IMG/VR virus record: IMGVR_UViG_3300008261_001864
Coordinates: 35,444-99,443 of that record
Direction: 5' to 3' (one strand)
From: a virus
DNA length: 64,000 nucleotides
A program made the position numbers and the translations under genes. The notes beneath the pieces are model-generated. The model saw only the letters and a list, made by a program, of their open reading frames with translations, did not search any database and was not told where the DNA came from. This document shows, one piece after another, positions 29,477 to 39,524 of this stretch. The stretch's first letter is position 1, and each line of letters begins with the position of its first letter.

Positions 29477-31234
29477 TTAGCCGTCCGAGATCACCGTGTC
29501 GGGCGGCATGGCAGCCCACTCACTATACCGGGGGTCGGCAACCGGCGTCTGAACAAGGCCCGTCGGTTGGCCGTTGACGATGAAACCCTGCGCCGACATC
29601 GGCTGGGTGCGGTCGAGCAGGTAAGTGTACCGCACGGTGAACTCGAAGGAGTAAGAAAGCGTGAAGGGTGACTCGGCCTCCTCGGTGACCTGGAAGGAGT
29701 CGAAAGACCCGATATACATGGTGTTGTCGTAGTAGAGATAGACCGACCCCACGAGGGCAAGGTTGTTAGGACGGCCAACCCCACGAAGGTCCATGTCCTC
29801 CAACCACAGGTACCCGTTGTTCCTGTAAATGAGGTACAGGCTCATGAGGTTCTGGTAGGAAGCCGAAAACGATCTCGCCATGCGGGTCAGGCCAGGGCCC
29901 GACCCCATCACGGACGAGTTGTAGTCCGTCGCATAGAAACCAGCCACTCGGCCTTGGGCCGAGATGGTGTCCTGTGCGTCACCCCAATGCTCGATGACGT
30001 TGTTGGGACCGTTACGCGCCCACACACCGTCGGAGGCGACCTTGGTACTCGACACCGAAAAACTCATCGGGTTGATGAGCATTTGCAGGGGCGGCGTATG
30101 CGCCATCTGCCTCTGGGACTCCTGTATGGCTTTCACGGTTCGTTCATATTGCGCCTGATAGGCTGCGCCTGGCCCATCAGTGTTAGGGTCTTTACCTGGG
30201 ATGTGTACCTCACCGGCCCGTGACTTTCGTTCCTTTGCAGCCTTCAAGCGGGCTTCGCGGGCTTTTTTTTGTTCGGCTATCGCCTTGAGTTCCGCTGGGG
30301 ATGGACCCGTCGCAACAGCCTCGCCGCCCCCGCTGTGGCTGAAACTGTCGTATGCACTTTTGCCCACGGGCGAGCCAGCACCGCCGCCACCCAACACCGC
30401 CATAGGGTCCAGATACTCTTTCTTATCGTTCTGGATGGTGAAGTGCAGATGCGGCCAAGTGCCCTTGGCGTTGCCGGTGTCCCCCACGGTACCGATCTGC
30501 ACCGAAGGGTTCACAGCCTGACCCACACTTACATTGACCGAATCAAGGTGGGCATAGTACGCATAGTAGGTTTTGCCCCCATAGGTAAACTTGACCGTTA
30601 CCGCGTTGCCTCCAAAAGCGTTGGTCGAGGGGTTGCTGACTTTGACGACGGTGCCGGTGCCCACCGCATACGTTGGCGTTCCTTTGTCGGATGCGAAGTC
30701 ATAGCCTTCGTGTTCGGATGCGTGCTTGGAGTGGGGTTGCGAGTACACCCCGCTGCAAAACCAGCCGTTCACCCTATCGGTAGCGGGGTTCTTTCCAGCG
30801 GGGTTGAACTCCACCTGCCTTACTTGAAGGGGCAGCGGACCGATCCTTGTAGGGGGCAGCTTGCCGTTCTTCAAACGCTTGATGGGCTTACTTCGAGCGC
30901 CAGACCGCCCACCGCTTCCTACCGCAGGACCCTCACCATCGTCGTACTCGAAGTATTCGTAGTCCATCTCCCGCCACGCCTCGGGACCACCAATGCTGTT
31001 GGACCTGTCGAGTCGCCTGCCCGAAACCAATGCAGAAGGGGGTAGGATGCCGATGACGAACGGGATGATCCGCGTTCTGGATCGGAGTGTCGTGGCCGTC
31101 AGAGGGTAATACTCGCCCGATAGGGAGTCCTCCTCTCCTCGGAACATCGCATTGTGGAAGGTCAGCAGTTCATAGACATCGGGCTTGTGGTAGCCAGCCT
31201 TATCCTCGATCTGCTTGTAAATCTTGTCGGCCAT
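29477..31234 (-). CDS. Tube-initiator-like protein with M23 metallopeptidase domain
   Basis: HEGYDF, YAHL, IGTVGDTGNA, PHLHF; C-terminal domain paralogous to 31244..31954. Confidence 0.8.
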   Translation of the reverse strand: MADKIYKQIEDKAGYHKPDVYELLTFHNAMFRGEEDSLSGEYYPLTATTLRSRTRIIPFVIGILPPSALVSGRRLDRSNSIGGPEAWREMDYEYFEYDDGEGPAVGSGGRSGARSKPIKRLKNGKLPPTRIGPLPLQVRQVEFNPAGKNPATDRVNGWFCSGVYSQPHSKHASEHEGYDFASDKGTPTYAVGTGTVVKVSNPSTNAFGGNAVTVKFTYGGKTYYAYYAHLDSVNVSVGQAVNPSVQIGTVGDTGNAKGTWPHLHFTIQNDKKEYLDPMAVLGGGGAGSPVGKSAYDSFSHSGGGEAVATGPSPAELKAIAEQKKAREARLKAAKERKSRAGEVHIPGKDPNTDGPGAAYQAQYERTVKAIQESQRQMAHTPPLQMLINPMSFSVSSTKVASDGVWARNGPNNVIEHWGDAQDTISAQGRVAGFYATDYNSSVMGSGPGLTRMARSFSASYQNLMSLYLIYRNNGYLWLEDMDLRGVGRPNNLALVGSVYLYYDNTMYIGSFDSFQVTEEAESPFTLSYSFEFTVRYTYLLDRTQPMSAQGFIVNGQPTGLVQTPVADPRYSEWAAMPPDTVISDG

Positions 31235-31243
31235 GCACCCCTC

Positions 31244-31954
31244 CTAAACATCCGGCTCACGGGTGTTCATTTCTTGGAACCCGGGCCTCAGAGTACCCAC
31301 TCGGGTGTCCATGCTGACCGCGCCACTACGCCTCATCCCAGGCAAGGGATTGTCGGTGTTGTAGAGGTCGGCAGGGATACGAGTGAGGACTTGCTCGACC
31401 TTGAACTCCCACGAGATGTTGAACACAAACGGAGCGTCGGCCGTCTCCTCGACCTCGAAGGAGCGGAACGTCCCAATGTACGAGTTGCGGTCGTACATCA
31501 GCATCAGACGCCCCTGTAGGACGACGTTGCCGAAGGGGTCATAGACAGACCCGTTGTGTCGGTAGAGGTCATAAAGGTCGCGGTAGCGGTCCCATGCGAT
31601 GGTCCGTTGCCGCACCACGCTCGACAACCCCGTGTAGAGGTTCATGAACGCGCCCGTCGAACCGCTCGCGGAGATGCTGGTCAGGTCATCCCCCCAATGC
31701 TGCTCCACCCAACCGCCGCGTGTCTGGGTACGCTCAATCTTTTTGAGGTGCTGCTCCGAAAAGCTGCCAGGGTTGGCGTGCATCACCAGAGCGTGGGGAA
31801 GCAACAACTTGCTGGGATCGACAGGGCTGGTGACTTGAAAGGCCATCGGGATGCGGCCCTTGCGAGTCTCAGCGGGGTGTTTGTACTTGGTGTCGTTGGA
31901 TGGGGCATCCAACCCCTCAAAGTTCGCCAGCGTGTGCGACGGGATGTAGGCCAT
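31244..31954 (-). CDS. Tail tube initiator-like protein
   Basis: NPGSFSE..K...QTRGGWVEQHWGD.L..I..SG..G; YIGTFRSFEVEETADAPFVF...EFKV; follows tape measure. Confidence 0.65.
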   Translation of the reverse strand: MAYIPSHTLANFEGLDAPSNDTKYKHPAETRKGRIPMAFQVTSPVDPSKLLLPHALVMHANPGSFSEQHLKKIERTQTRGGWVEQHWGDDLTSISASGSTGAFMNLYTGLSSVVRQRTIAWDRYRDLYDLYRHNGSVYDPFGNVVLQGRLMLMYDRNSYIGTFRSFEVEETADAPFVFNISWEFKVEQVLTRIPADLYNTDNPLPGMRRSGAVSMDTRVGTLRPGFQEMNTREPDV

Positions 31955-31962
31955 GATCTCTC

Positions 31963-34900
31963 CTAATCTTCACCGGCTTTTCTTACCTTGACCCTCGTTC
32001 CATCCATCGCCGCCTTGACCCGCAAAGCGAACATCTCACTAAAGCTGGGGGAGAGATCGACGTAGAGGACGCCCCCGCCGCCCATGCCTGCGGAGGCCGC
32101 TGGGGGTTCTGGGTCGGGTTCGGCTGCGCGGAGGGCTGCCTCCGCAGCCGCCTCATCACGGTCGGCCTTGCGGCTGGCGTAACCGCCGCCAGCCCCACGT
32201 TGGATGTCCGAAGATGACGCCTCAAAAAGACCCCGCATAAGGCCGCTGCCCGTAACGTTGCCTCCCCTTGTCAGAGACGTCGCCAAAGCATCCTCCGCAA
32301 CGTCTCTGTTGGTCAGCAAGGCAAACTCGAAGAGAGCCGCCTCCATCGCCTCCTGCGATCCCTCGGTGATGACCTTCTTGATGTTGTTTTCGAGGAACGA
32401 CTGATTGATCTTGATGCCCTTGATCTTGAGGACGTTGTAGATGTCGGCCAGCGTGGCCTTCGTCGCCAACTGCTCCTCGACCTGCTCCTCGGCCAGGCTG
32501 TTGCCAAGTTCGGCTTCACCCAACTCGGGGCTATCCATCGAGTCCGACGACGCACCCAGCGCCTTGGCGATGTCCGCGAGGAGCGGCTCCGTGTGGATGT
32601 CGTGGACGTAAATGGAACCTGGTGTGGTCTGATGGGCTGTCTGAACCTTGGCCGCCTCGTTTGCACCCCTTTGATCCACGGCCTCTTGGGCGGCTCGGAT
32701 GGCCTCGGTCTGCTTGCGGGCGTCCATCTGCTCCTCGATAGCAGGGACGATGCCAGCAAGCGTCTTGGGGTCAAGGGACCACAGCTTGGAGTTCATGAGG
32801 GCAGCGTCAAACGCTGCGGCGTCCGTGGAAGATACACCCTGCTTGGCCTCTGCCTGCGCCTCGGCAATCGTTTTGGTCTTGCCCCCCTTGTTACCCTCCT
32901 CGAAAATCTGCTGTGCTTTTCGAGCAATATTCCCGACAGCCCCACCCCAAGTCTGCAACCCTTTCTGGGAGGCCACCGTAGCGTTGACGCCACCGGCTTG
33001 ATCGACCGCAGCGGCTTGCTTCTTCTTGGCCTCCTCCAGGATGCTGCGTTCAGCCTCCATCTTTTTCTTGGCTGTCTCGTCGCTGGTGGCTGCGATGGCC
33101 TTGGTGAGTTTCTCGATCCGGGCGTCACGCTCCTGTGAGGTCTTGTAGAGTTTCTCACCGAAAGAGTCCTTGCCCTCCATGAGTTTGTGCTTCATGGCGT
33201 CGAGGTCTTTGCCACCAGCCGCACCCAGCGCCTTGTTGACGGTTTCGCTGTTGATTTTCCGCATCTCCTCGGCCACGCGGAAAGAGTCCCTGCTGACCCC
33301 CCAGATGCTTGTAATAGAGTCCCAGATGCCCATGATGGCGTTGTAGAAAGTGTTGAACAGCCAATCCATGAGAGCCTGCATCTTGTCCATCATGCTGGAC
33401 TGATACCCGGACGTCTCCTTGGCGTAGTCGGTCTGCTTCTCAGTCTCCGTGAGCGCCTTCTGCGCCGAGAAGCCCATCTTCTTGAAAACCGACACGCCGT
33501 CCTTCGACCGCAGGGCTTCGGCTGCCGCCTTCTCGTTGCCTTCTTTGAGTTCGATGCCCAGATTCTTTAGGAGAGCCTTGTCCTCATCGGTAGCCATCCC
33601 CTCTTGGACACGCTTGGCGATCTCGGCCTTGGCAAGGTCTAGGCCGACGCGGAACTTGGCGAACTGGTCGATCTGCTCGTCGTTGAGGTTGAGGGCTTGC
33701 TCGGCAGCGAGTAACTGTGCGCCCGACAACTGCTCGATACGCTTCCCGTTGAACATCTTGCGGGACATCGCCTGCAACTGCTCATAGGCCGCGACAGGGC
33801 TGGCGTCCTTGAGGGCGCTCGCCAACGACACCGCATCGCCTCGGCTGACCTTTTCCTGCTGCCGTGCGGCGTCGATGATGGCCTCTCGCTCGGCTCCCGA
33901 TAGCTTCTCCCCGTTCTGGGCCAGGTACTCCCCCAACCCCTTAACGCCGCCCCTGACCGCCTCCCGCAACTTGTCGCCGTCCAGCCCCTTGGCAGCCAAG
34001 TCGGTCGCCAGACCCGACAACTTCACATTGATGTCCTCTTGTAACCTGCTCTTGGTACCCCCCGTGCCAGCGATCAGGACGGACTTCAAGCGGTCCTGTA
34101 GGCTCTGACCCTTGAAGAACTGCGAGATGGATTGGAGGAACTGCTGCGCCCGTCGAGGGTCCATGACCTTCGTGAGTTTCGCCAACACCTTCCCCGCCGT
34201 CTCCATGCGGTTGTTGAAGAGGCTCATGTCGGCCGACATACCTCGGATGATGTTGAAGAACGTGTTGGCGGCGATCCCCGAGTCACGAGCCTCCAGCGCG
34301 ATTTTGCCGAAGGCCGTTTCGATGGCCTCCAGCGGCATCCCCATCTGACCCTTCATCTCGCCCATGAGAGCAGAGACTTCCTGCATAGAGACGCCCATGT
34401 TCCGCGAGTAGGCGGCAGCCAAGTGGACGGTGCGGGTAGTCAGGTCCTCGACAGCCTCGGCTCCCGTCTTGGCGTCTGCCCGCGCTCCTTGACCGAGGGT
34501 ACCCACAGACTTGTAGGCTCCCTCGGCCTCGTCCTTGAACTGGTCGAGCCGCATACCCGCCGAGGTCAACTCGTTCATGGTGGCAGCGTAATCGTCCTTA
34601 TTCAGACCCCACTCGACGTTCGACAGAGAGAAGGCGGCATCTCGAACGCCCTTGAGGGTTTGACCTAGTTCTTTGGATGCCCTTCCTGAGTCATCCATGT
34701 TGCGGGGCAGGTAGTGCATGGTGCTGGCCGTTGACAGAAGCCCCTTCTGGAACTCCTTGGCCCCCGCCTCGGCGTCGAGGAACAGCTTGACGACAGCCAT
34801 GACGCCGCCGCTGAACGTGTTGATGAGCGGCACAAGGCGGCCGATCACACCAATCAGCGGTCCCAGACCCTTCAAGAGGCCGCCAACCGACTTGGCAATC

Positions 34901-35574
34901 ATCCCGAAAGCGCCACCCCCTGCGCCCTTGCTGGCGATCTTGTCGCCCACCGATCCAAGTTTGACACCCGCCCCACGGAACATCTTGGACAAAGGCTTTG
35001 CCAGCATATTGCCCGCGTGGGCAGCGGCACCCGCCATGTCCTTGCTCATGGCCGACGAGAACATCTCGGCCATGTCGGCACCAGCATCCGAGATGTCACC
35101 CTTGTTGAACCCAATGGCGAAGTTGGCCTCAAAATCTTTTTTGGCCCCCGTCTGCCACTCCTCCAACTTTTTCTGGGCTGTCTCGGCCAAGTCGCCGTAC
35201 TTGTCCATCAACTCCTTGAGGTCCTCAACCTCTTGTCGAAGTGCCTCGGCCTTGGCGTCGTCAGCCCCCGCTTTGGCGGCTGACAATGCCTCGTTTTTCT
35301 TGGCGAGTTCGTCCAAGACCTTGTTGTACTGCCCCTGCCGGTCGCGGAGTTCCTGTTGGAGTTTGTTGTCCTGCTCCAGCGCCTTGCTACGCTGCTCATA
35401 GTAGGACTTGCTGGACTGCCAGAGTTTGCGGTGGGACTTCTTGTTGATCTCATTCATGGCCTTCTGGTCGCGCTCGAAGGCCCGCTTGTAGTCCTTGAAC
35501 TTCGCTATCGCCTCGTCGGTGGTCAGCCCGAGGTTGAGTTCAATGCGTTCTTGGCTGGTAAGTTCTTTCGCCAC
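31963..35574 (-). CDS. Tape measure protein
   Basis: ~1200 aa Ala/Lys-rich helical protein with hydrophobic stretch; between chaperones and initiators; GTG start overlapping upstream TAG. Confidence 0.75.
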   Translation of the reverse strand: MAKELTSQERIELNLGLTTDEAIAKFKDYKRAFERDQKAMNEINKKSHRKLWQSSKSYYEQRSKALEQDNKLQQELRDRQGQYNKVLDELAKKNEALSAAKAGADDAKAEALRQEVEDLKELMDKYGDLAETAQKKLEEWQTGAKKDFEANFAIGFNKGDISDAGADMAEMFSSAMSKDMAGAAAHAGNMLAKPLSKMFRGAGVKLGSVGDKIASKGAGGGAFGMIAKSVGGLLKGLGPLIGVIGRLVPLINTFSGGVMAVVKLFLDAEAGAKEFQKGLLSTASTMHYLPRNMDDSGRASKELGQTLKGVRDAAFSLSNVEWGLNKDDYAATMNELTSAGMRLDQFKDEAEGAYKSVGTLGQGARADAKTGAEAVEDLTTRTVHLAAAYSRNMGVSMQEVSALMGEMKGQMGMPLEAIETAFGKIALEARDSGIAANTFFNIIRGMSADMSLFNNRMETAGKVLAKLTKVMDPRRAQQFLQSISQFFKGQSLQDRLKSVLIAGTGGTKSRLQEDINVKLSGLATDLAAKGLDGDKLREAVRGGVKGLGEYLAQNGEKLSGAEREAIIDAARQQEKVSRGDAVSLASALKDASPVAAYEQLQAMSRKMFNGKRIEQLSGAQLLAAEQALNLNDEQIDQFAKFRVGLDLAKAEIAKRVQEGMATDEDKALLKNLGIELKEGNEKAAAEALRSKDGVSVFKKMGFSAQKALTETEKQTDYAKETSGYQSSMMDKMQALMDWLFNTFYNAIMGIWDSITSIWGVSRDSFRVAEEMRKINSETVNKALGAAGGKDLDAMKHKLMEGKDSFGEKLYKTSQERDARIEKLTKAIAATSDETAKKKMEAERSILEEAKKKQAAAVDQAGGVNATVASQKGLQTWGGAVGNIARKAQQIFEEGNKGGKTKTIAEAQAEAKQGVSSTDAAAFDAALMNSKLWSLDPKTLAGIVPAIEEQMDARKQTEAIRAAQEAVDQRGANEAAKVQTAHQTTPGSIYVHDIHTEPLLADIAKALGASSDSMDSPELGEAELGNSLAEEQVEEQLATKATLADIYNVLKIKGIKINQSFLENNIKKVITEGSQEAMEAALFEFALLTNRDVAEDALATSLTRGGNVTGSGLMRGLFEASSSDIQRGAGGGYASRKADRDEAAAEAALRAAEPDPEPPAASAGMGGGGVLYVDLSPSFSEMFALRVKAAMDGTRVKVRKAGED

Positions 35575-36806
35575 TACGGCCTCCAAGGCTTCCCTGCATT
35601 ACGCTGGGACCTTAGAGAAAAAGCGCCGTCGGTTGGCTGGTCCGACGTAGGGAGAGGGTCATCCATCAGCCCCCACTTGGTCATCACAGGATCGAGGTTC
35701 TCGTCAAGGAAGCCCGACTTTTCGAGCGCCTCGGCCGCCCGACGCTGTTGCTCGACAACGAGCTTACGCACTTGGTCAGGGGAAAGGCCGGTGAGGTTCG
35801 TGGCCCCCACAACGTCCTTATCCCCCATCTGCTGCTGCCGTTCCTTGACGAGCGACTGCAACTGCTCGGCCCGATGCCGAGTGTTGTTGCGGATGCCCTG
35901 CTCGTACTCTTGGACGACGTTATCGTGCCAATCCTTCTCACCCTTGAGGGACCGCTCGACCTGCGAGGCCAACTCCTCAACGGTGTTGGCGACGATGACC
36001 ACCTGTGCGCCGTCGTACCGCTTGTTGGTGTCCAATGACTCCCCAAAGAGAACGTGCCTTAGCAGCAGGTCCTTCCGAGTCCAGCGTTCCTCCCGCTCTT
36101 TCTTGCGACGGTTGGCGTCACGGTTGTAGACCTTCTGGATACCCTTGCCTGCAAAGCACCCCCCGATAAACTTGGCGTTCTCCCAATCGGAGTCCTGGTG
36201 GTGCCGGATGTCCTCGTAGTGGTTGATGGCTCGCCACGAGAGTTGGGCATAGGACAACCCCAGACGCTCTGTGCCTTCGATGCCTGTCAGGGCAGGGGTT
36301 GATAGGTCCAGCCCCTGGGTCTGCGCCCATCTCCACCGAGAGTAGGGTTCGGTTGCGTAAGCCTCGACCAATATGGTCGCCTGCGTGGCCTTCCTGTTGA
36401 GTTCCGAAAGTTGTCGGATGAGTTTTACACGGGCCGCGTTCGGCAACTCTCGGAACGTATCAGCCAACACAGAGATGGTTCGGCCCCGCTCGGACAAGAC
36501 GTTCTGGCCGTCCACAAACAAGACCATGTGGGCGAGGAACACGTCCCAGAACCGAGGGGGTATGGAAGCCTTGTCCCAAGCACCCGTCATGAGCCGGATG
36601 ACGTCGAGTTCGTGGTGGTTCAAGGACTTGAACACGAACAGGATGCCATTGATGTCGGCGTGGGCCGTCAGAAACCCCCGCGTCACCATCTCGATGGTCG
36701 CCTCATAGACCTCGGGATTGACCTCGGGTTCCTGTGGTGCCTTTATGAGACTTTCGGAGTCCTCATCGGACGGCTCAAGGCCGTCGTCATCCAACTCATC
36801 GGCCAT
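35574..36806 (-). CDS. Tail assembly chaperone-like protein 2
   Basis: Directly upstream of tape measure; N-domain resembles 36814..37812. Confidence 0.5.
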   Translation of the reverse strand: MADELDDDGLEPSDEDSESLIKAPQEPEVNPEVYEATIEMVTRGFLTAHADINGILFVFKSLNHHELDVIRLMTGAWDKASIPPRFWDVFLAHMVLFVDGQNVLSERGRTISVLADTFRELPNAARVKLIRQLSELNRKATQATILVEAYATEPYSRWRWAQTQGLDLSTPALTGIEGTERLGLSYAQLSWRAINHYEDIRHHQDSDWENAKFIGGCFAGKGIQKVYNRDANRRKKEREERWTRKDLLLRHVLFGESLDTNKRYDGAQVVIVANTVEELASQVERSLKGEKDWHDNVVQEYEQGIRNNTRHRAEQLQSLVKERQQQMGDKDVVGATNLTGLSPDQVRKLVVEQQRRAAEALEKSGFLDENLDPVMTKWGLMDDPLPTSDQPTDGAFSLRSQRNAGKPWRP

Positions 36807-36813
36807 CGGTTAC

Positions 36814-37812
36814 TCACAGGGTAGGAGGCCGGAATCGAGGGTTGATGCCTCCCACGGGAGGTGTGTCGATGATGGCCTTGGCAGCATCGGGGTCCAACCG
36901 AGTCCCCGACCCCAGACGGACTTCCGGCATCTGGGTCTGAGGCTGTAGGTTGGTGGCTTGAAAGGGCACACCTTCGAGGGTGCCCATCTCCCCCTCAATC
37001 GCCGCCAGTTCTGCCGACCGCCCCAAAGGGGCTGCATGGGGGGCCGAGACAGGCTGCACGGGGGGCGCTGCGACGGGCTGGGGAGCGGCCACCACGGGGT
37101 TCGGGGCTTGATTGAGCGGGGTACGCTCACGGAGCAACTGAGCGATCCTCTCCGCAGACGGAGGAGACGACGGCGATGTTGCCTTGGGGGGTGCCTCTTG
37201 GACAGGGGGCAGCTTGCTCTGGGCAGCCTCGAACTCATCGACGGTCGAACGCCGCACAAGCCCGTGATCTCGGAGGACGCCCTCCAAAATCTTTTCGGGC
37301 ACCTCGGCCTCGATCTCTTTGAGTTCCGCGATGAGTCGGCGGTACTGGTCCTCGGGCGTCTCATCGACGCTCTTGAACGTCACCCCCTCCTGCGCCCGCT
37401 TCTCACCCGCCTCAATGGCGTCGGCAACCTTGCGGTAACAGATGTAGAGGGTTTCCCGCGACCACGAGGCGAGCAGGTTCTTTTGGAGCCAACTGTGCAG
37501 TTCGACCTTGATGGTGCGGGTCTGGTTGGGTCGCTTGGGGTCCTGCTCCTCATCCTCGATGTACTTGGTGTCTCGGAAATCGACGCCGTTGATCTCGCAG
37601 ATGGCTCGGCTCACATGACCCATCTGCCATGCGTTCAGATACTCGACGTCGGACAGCCCTTGGCAGTCCTTGTAGATGCCATCGTACTGATCGGACCGCA
37701 GGTTGCGGACGATCACCGATACACCATCAACGACGAAAGGCTCCTCCACAAGGCCGATGTCTCGGGCCTGCGAAAGAGCCTGCGTCAAATTACGCGCACT
37801 TAGGGTTCCCAT
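36814..37812 (-). CDS. Tail assembly chaperone-like protein 1
   Basis: Follows tube gene; VIVRNL...SRAICEINGVDF; Pro-rich tail; GGGAGA RBS. Confidence 0.55.
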   Translation of the reverse strand: MGTLSARNLTQALSQARDIGLVEEPFVVDGVSVIVRNLRSDQYDGIYKDCQGLSDVEYLNAWQMGHVSRAICEINGVDFRDTKYIEDEEQDPKRPNQTRTIKVELHSWLQKNLLASWSRETLYICYRKVADAIEAGEKRAQEGVTFKSVDETPEDQYRRLIAELKEIEAEVPEKILEGVLRDHGLVRRSTVDEFEAAQSKLPPVQEAPPKATSPSSPPSAERIAQLLRERTPLNQAPNPVVAAPQPVAAPPVQPVSAPHAAPLGRSAELAAIEGEMGTLEGVPFQATNLQPQTQMPEVRLGSGTRLDPDAAKAIIDTPPVGGINPRFRPPTL

Positions 37813-37838
37813 TCTCAATCTCCCGTGCAGGATTGAAA

Positions 37839-37943
37839 ACGGCTTGGTGCAGCGTATCTAGGTGTTCATCTGGGTGTGGGCCGCGCAGTCATTACAACTG
37901 ATACCCATTTGTTTTCATCTGATACGGTCCGCATCCAAGCCGT
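37839..37943 (-). ncRNA. Putative structured cis-regulatory RNA between tube and chaperone genes
   Basis: Nested stems ACGGCTTGG/CCAAGCCGT, TGCGG/CTGCA, CGTATC/GATACG, CAGTT/GACTG; two CAGATGAA copies. Confidence 0.45.
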
Positions 37944-37950
37944 CAAAAAA

Positions 37951-38658
37951 CTAGGCCACAGCGCCAATCGTCGTATTAGCAGAGGCACTACCAGAGAACC
38001 GTAGCGAGGACCCAGCACCAGCCGCCCCACCCGAACCAGGGCTCGGAGCCAAGCCGGTGTCGATGTACTCACCGTACTGCGAAACACCGTCGATGATGTC
38101 GGACACCGTGACGCTGGAGTTCTCGGCCACCATCGCGGAGTCTGCGGCGAACGAGGCGTTGTAGGAGTTCATCCAGCAACCCTCGTAGAAGGTCAACAGG
38201 CACTTCACGGGACCGATGGACCCCGACGTACCCGGCACCACCTTGGTGCCAGTACCAGAGTTCGGCTCCTTGGAGGCGATCTCGCTGAACACGAGTTCCT
38301 GCTTGATGTCGAAGGGCCAGCGGTGGTGCTTGAGTGAACGAACCAGACCGTCGATGCCGCCCTTGTATCCGAACAACTGGAACAGGTTGGCGGTATAGAG
38401 CAGGGTCTTGTTGATGGTGAGCGTCATCGGCTCGGTGACGCTTGGCACCAACTCAGCGACCTGGTCGCCGTAACCCACACCACGGTAGGCGTCGATGGTC
38501 CGCGACTCGTCGAAGCCGAACTCGCTGACCGCCCCAAGCTGCTGGAACGACTTTGCCCCGACAGAGTAGCCATAGACCTTGTTCTTCTGGCTGACAGCGG
38601 CCCGAGTGTTGGGCGCGGTTCCCTTGCGATAAACGTAGGTGTCTTTACTGACAGGCAT
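37951..38658 (-). CDS. Tail tube protein
   Basis: GAVSEF..DESR.I..YRGVG.GD...ELVP, PFDIKQELVF, FYEGCWMNSY..SF.AD..MVAE...V.VSD; GAGGAGG RBS. Confidence 0.75.
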   Translation of the reverse strand: MPVSKDTYVYRKGTAPNTRAAVSQKNKVYGYSVGAKSFQQLGAVSEFGFDESRTIDAYRGVGYGDQVAELVPSVTEPMTLTINKTLLYTANLFQLFGYKGGIDGLVRSLKHHRWPFDIKQELVFSEIASKEPNSGTGTKVVPGTSGSIGPVKCLLTFYEGCWMNSYNASFAADSAMVAENSSVTVSDIIDGVSQYGEYIDTGLAPSPGSGGAAGAGSSLRFSGSASANTTIGAVA

Positions 38659-38686
38659 CGTAGGACCTCCTCGGGGGTCAGATTAC

Positions 38687-39523
38687 TTAGCGAGCCGCCG
38701 CGAACAGACCGTGGATACGGTCTGCACGGCGGGCCAGCTTGGTGAGGTCATTACCAACCCAAGCCTCGGCCATGTCGGCGTTCGATAGAATCTCGTGGAC
38801 GTCCGAAGCCACGCGGTGCAGGTCAGCCTGCGCCTGCGAGGCGTTGAAACGGCGACCGGCCTGCAAGAGAGCGTCGATCTTGTCGCTGGCCTCCGCAACC
38901 TTGGTAAGGATCGTCTCTGCAACCTTGGTGTTGTGGTTCAGAGCGGCAGCCGACTTGCCCATCGGGTGGGTCACGTCGGCGGGCGGCGTCCACGCGCCCG
39001 GGTCCTCCATCGTGTCAACCGTCGGCTCACCCAGACCGTAGAACGCCTTGTTTTTCGACTGATCGCCAAAGTCAGGGAGGCTGACGGCAGCCTGCCGCAG
39101 ATTACGGACGAGGGCGGTAGTCACCTCGGAGCCACTCGCAACCCGCGAGTTCATCTCACGGATGGTGTTCTCAAGGTGCGCGATGCGGGTATCAAGAAAC
39201 TGCTGGGGGGTCATGTGAGTGCCTTTCTCGCTCGTCAAAGGAGCCTGCCTCTGCGAGGGGATAAGAGGACTAACGCGGGCCGACTTGCGGAGGGGTTTGG
39301 GGGCCAAGAACTGAAACAACTCGTCAACGTCGAGGGCCACCATAGCTTGGCCGGTACGGTTGAACTCCTCAATCGCCCGACGCTTCATGATACGGTCGGG
39401 GACCAAAGACGCCACCAGCTTGAGAACCGAGACAGTACCAAGGATGTACTTGACCCCATCGGGCAAGCACACGAAGTCCCTTGCTCCATCCGTCTCTAGG
39501 GTGACCGACGTAAGTTTGCCCAC
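38687..39523 (-). CDS. Hypothetical protein (possible internal start at 39214)
   Basis: GTG at 39523 just after upstream stop; internal GAAAGG...ATG at 39214; RVAS/KSAA motifs. Confidence 0.55.
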   Translation of the reverse strand: MGKLTSVTLETDGARDFVCLPDGVKYILGTVSVLKLVASLVPDRIMKRRAIEEFNRTGQAMVALDVDELFQFLAPKPLRKSARVSPLIPSQRQAPLTSEKGTHMTPQQFLDTRIAHLENTIREMNSRVASGSEVTTALVRNLRQAAVSLPDFGDQSKNKAFYGLGEPTVDTMEDPGAWTPPADVTHPMGKSAAALNHNTKVAETILTKVAEASDKIDALLQAGRRFNASQAQADLHRVASDVHEILSNADMAEAWVGNDLTKLARRADRIHGLFAAAR

Positions 39524-39524
39524 G

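Noticed and set aside
36810-37364. Programmed frameshift joining the two chaperone genes
   Set aside because: The overlapping frame stops at 36810..36812 before the next ATG; no convincing slippery heptamer seen
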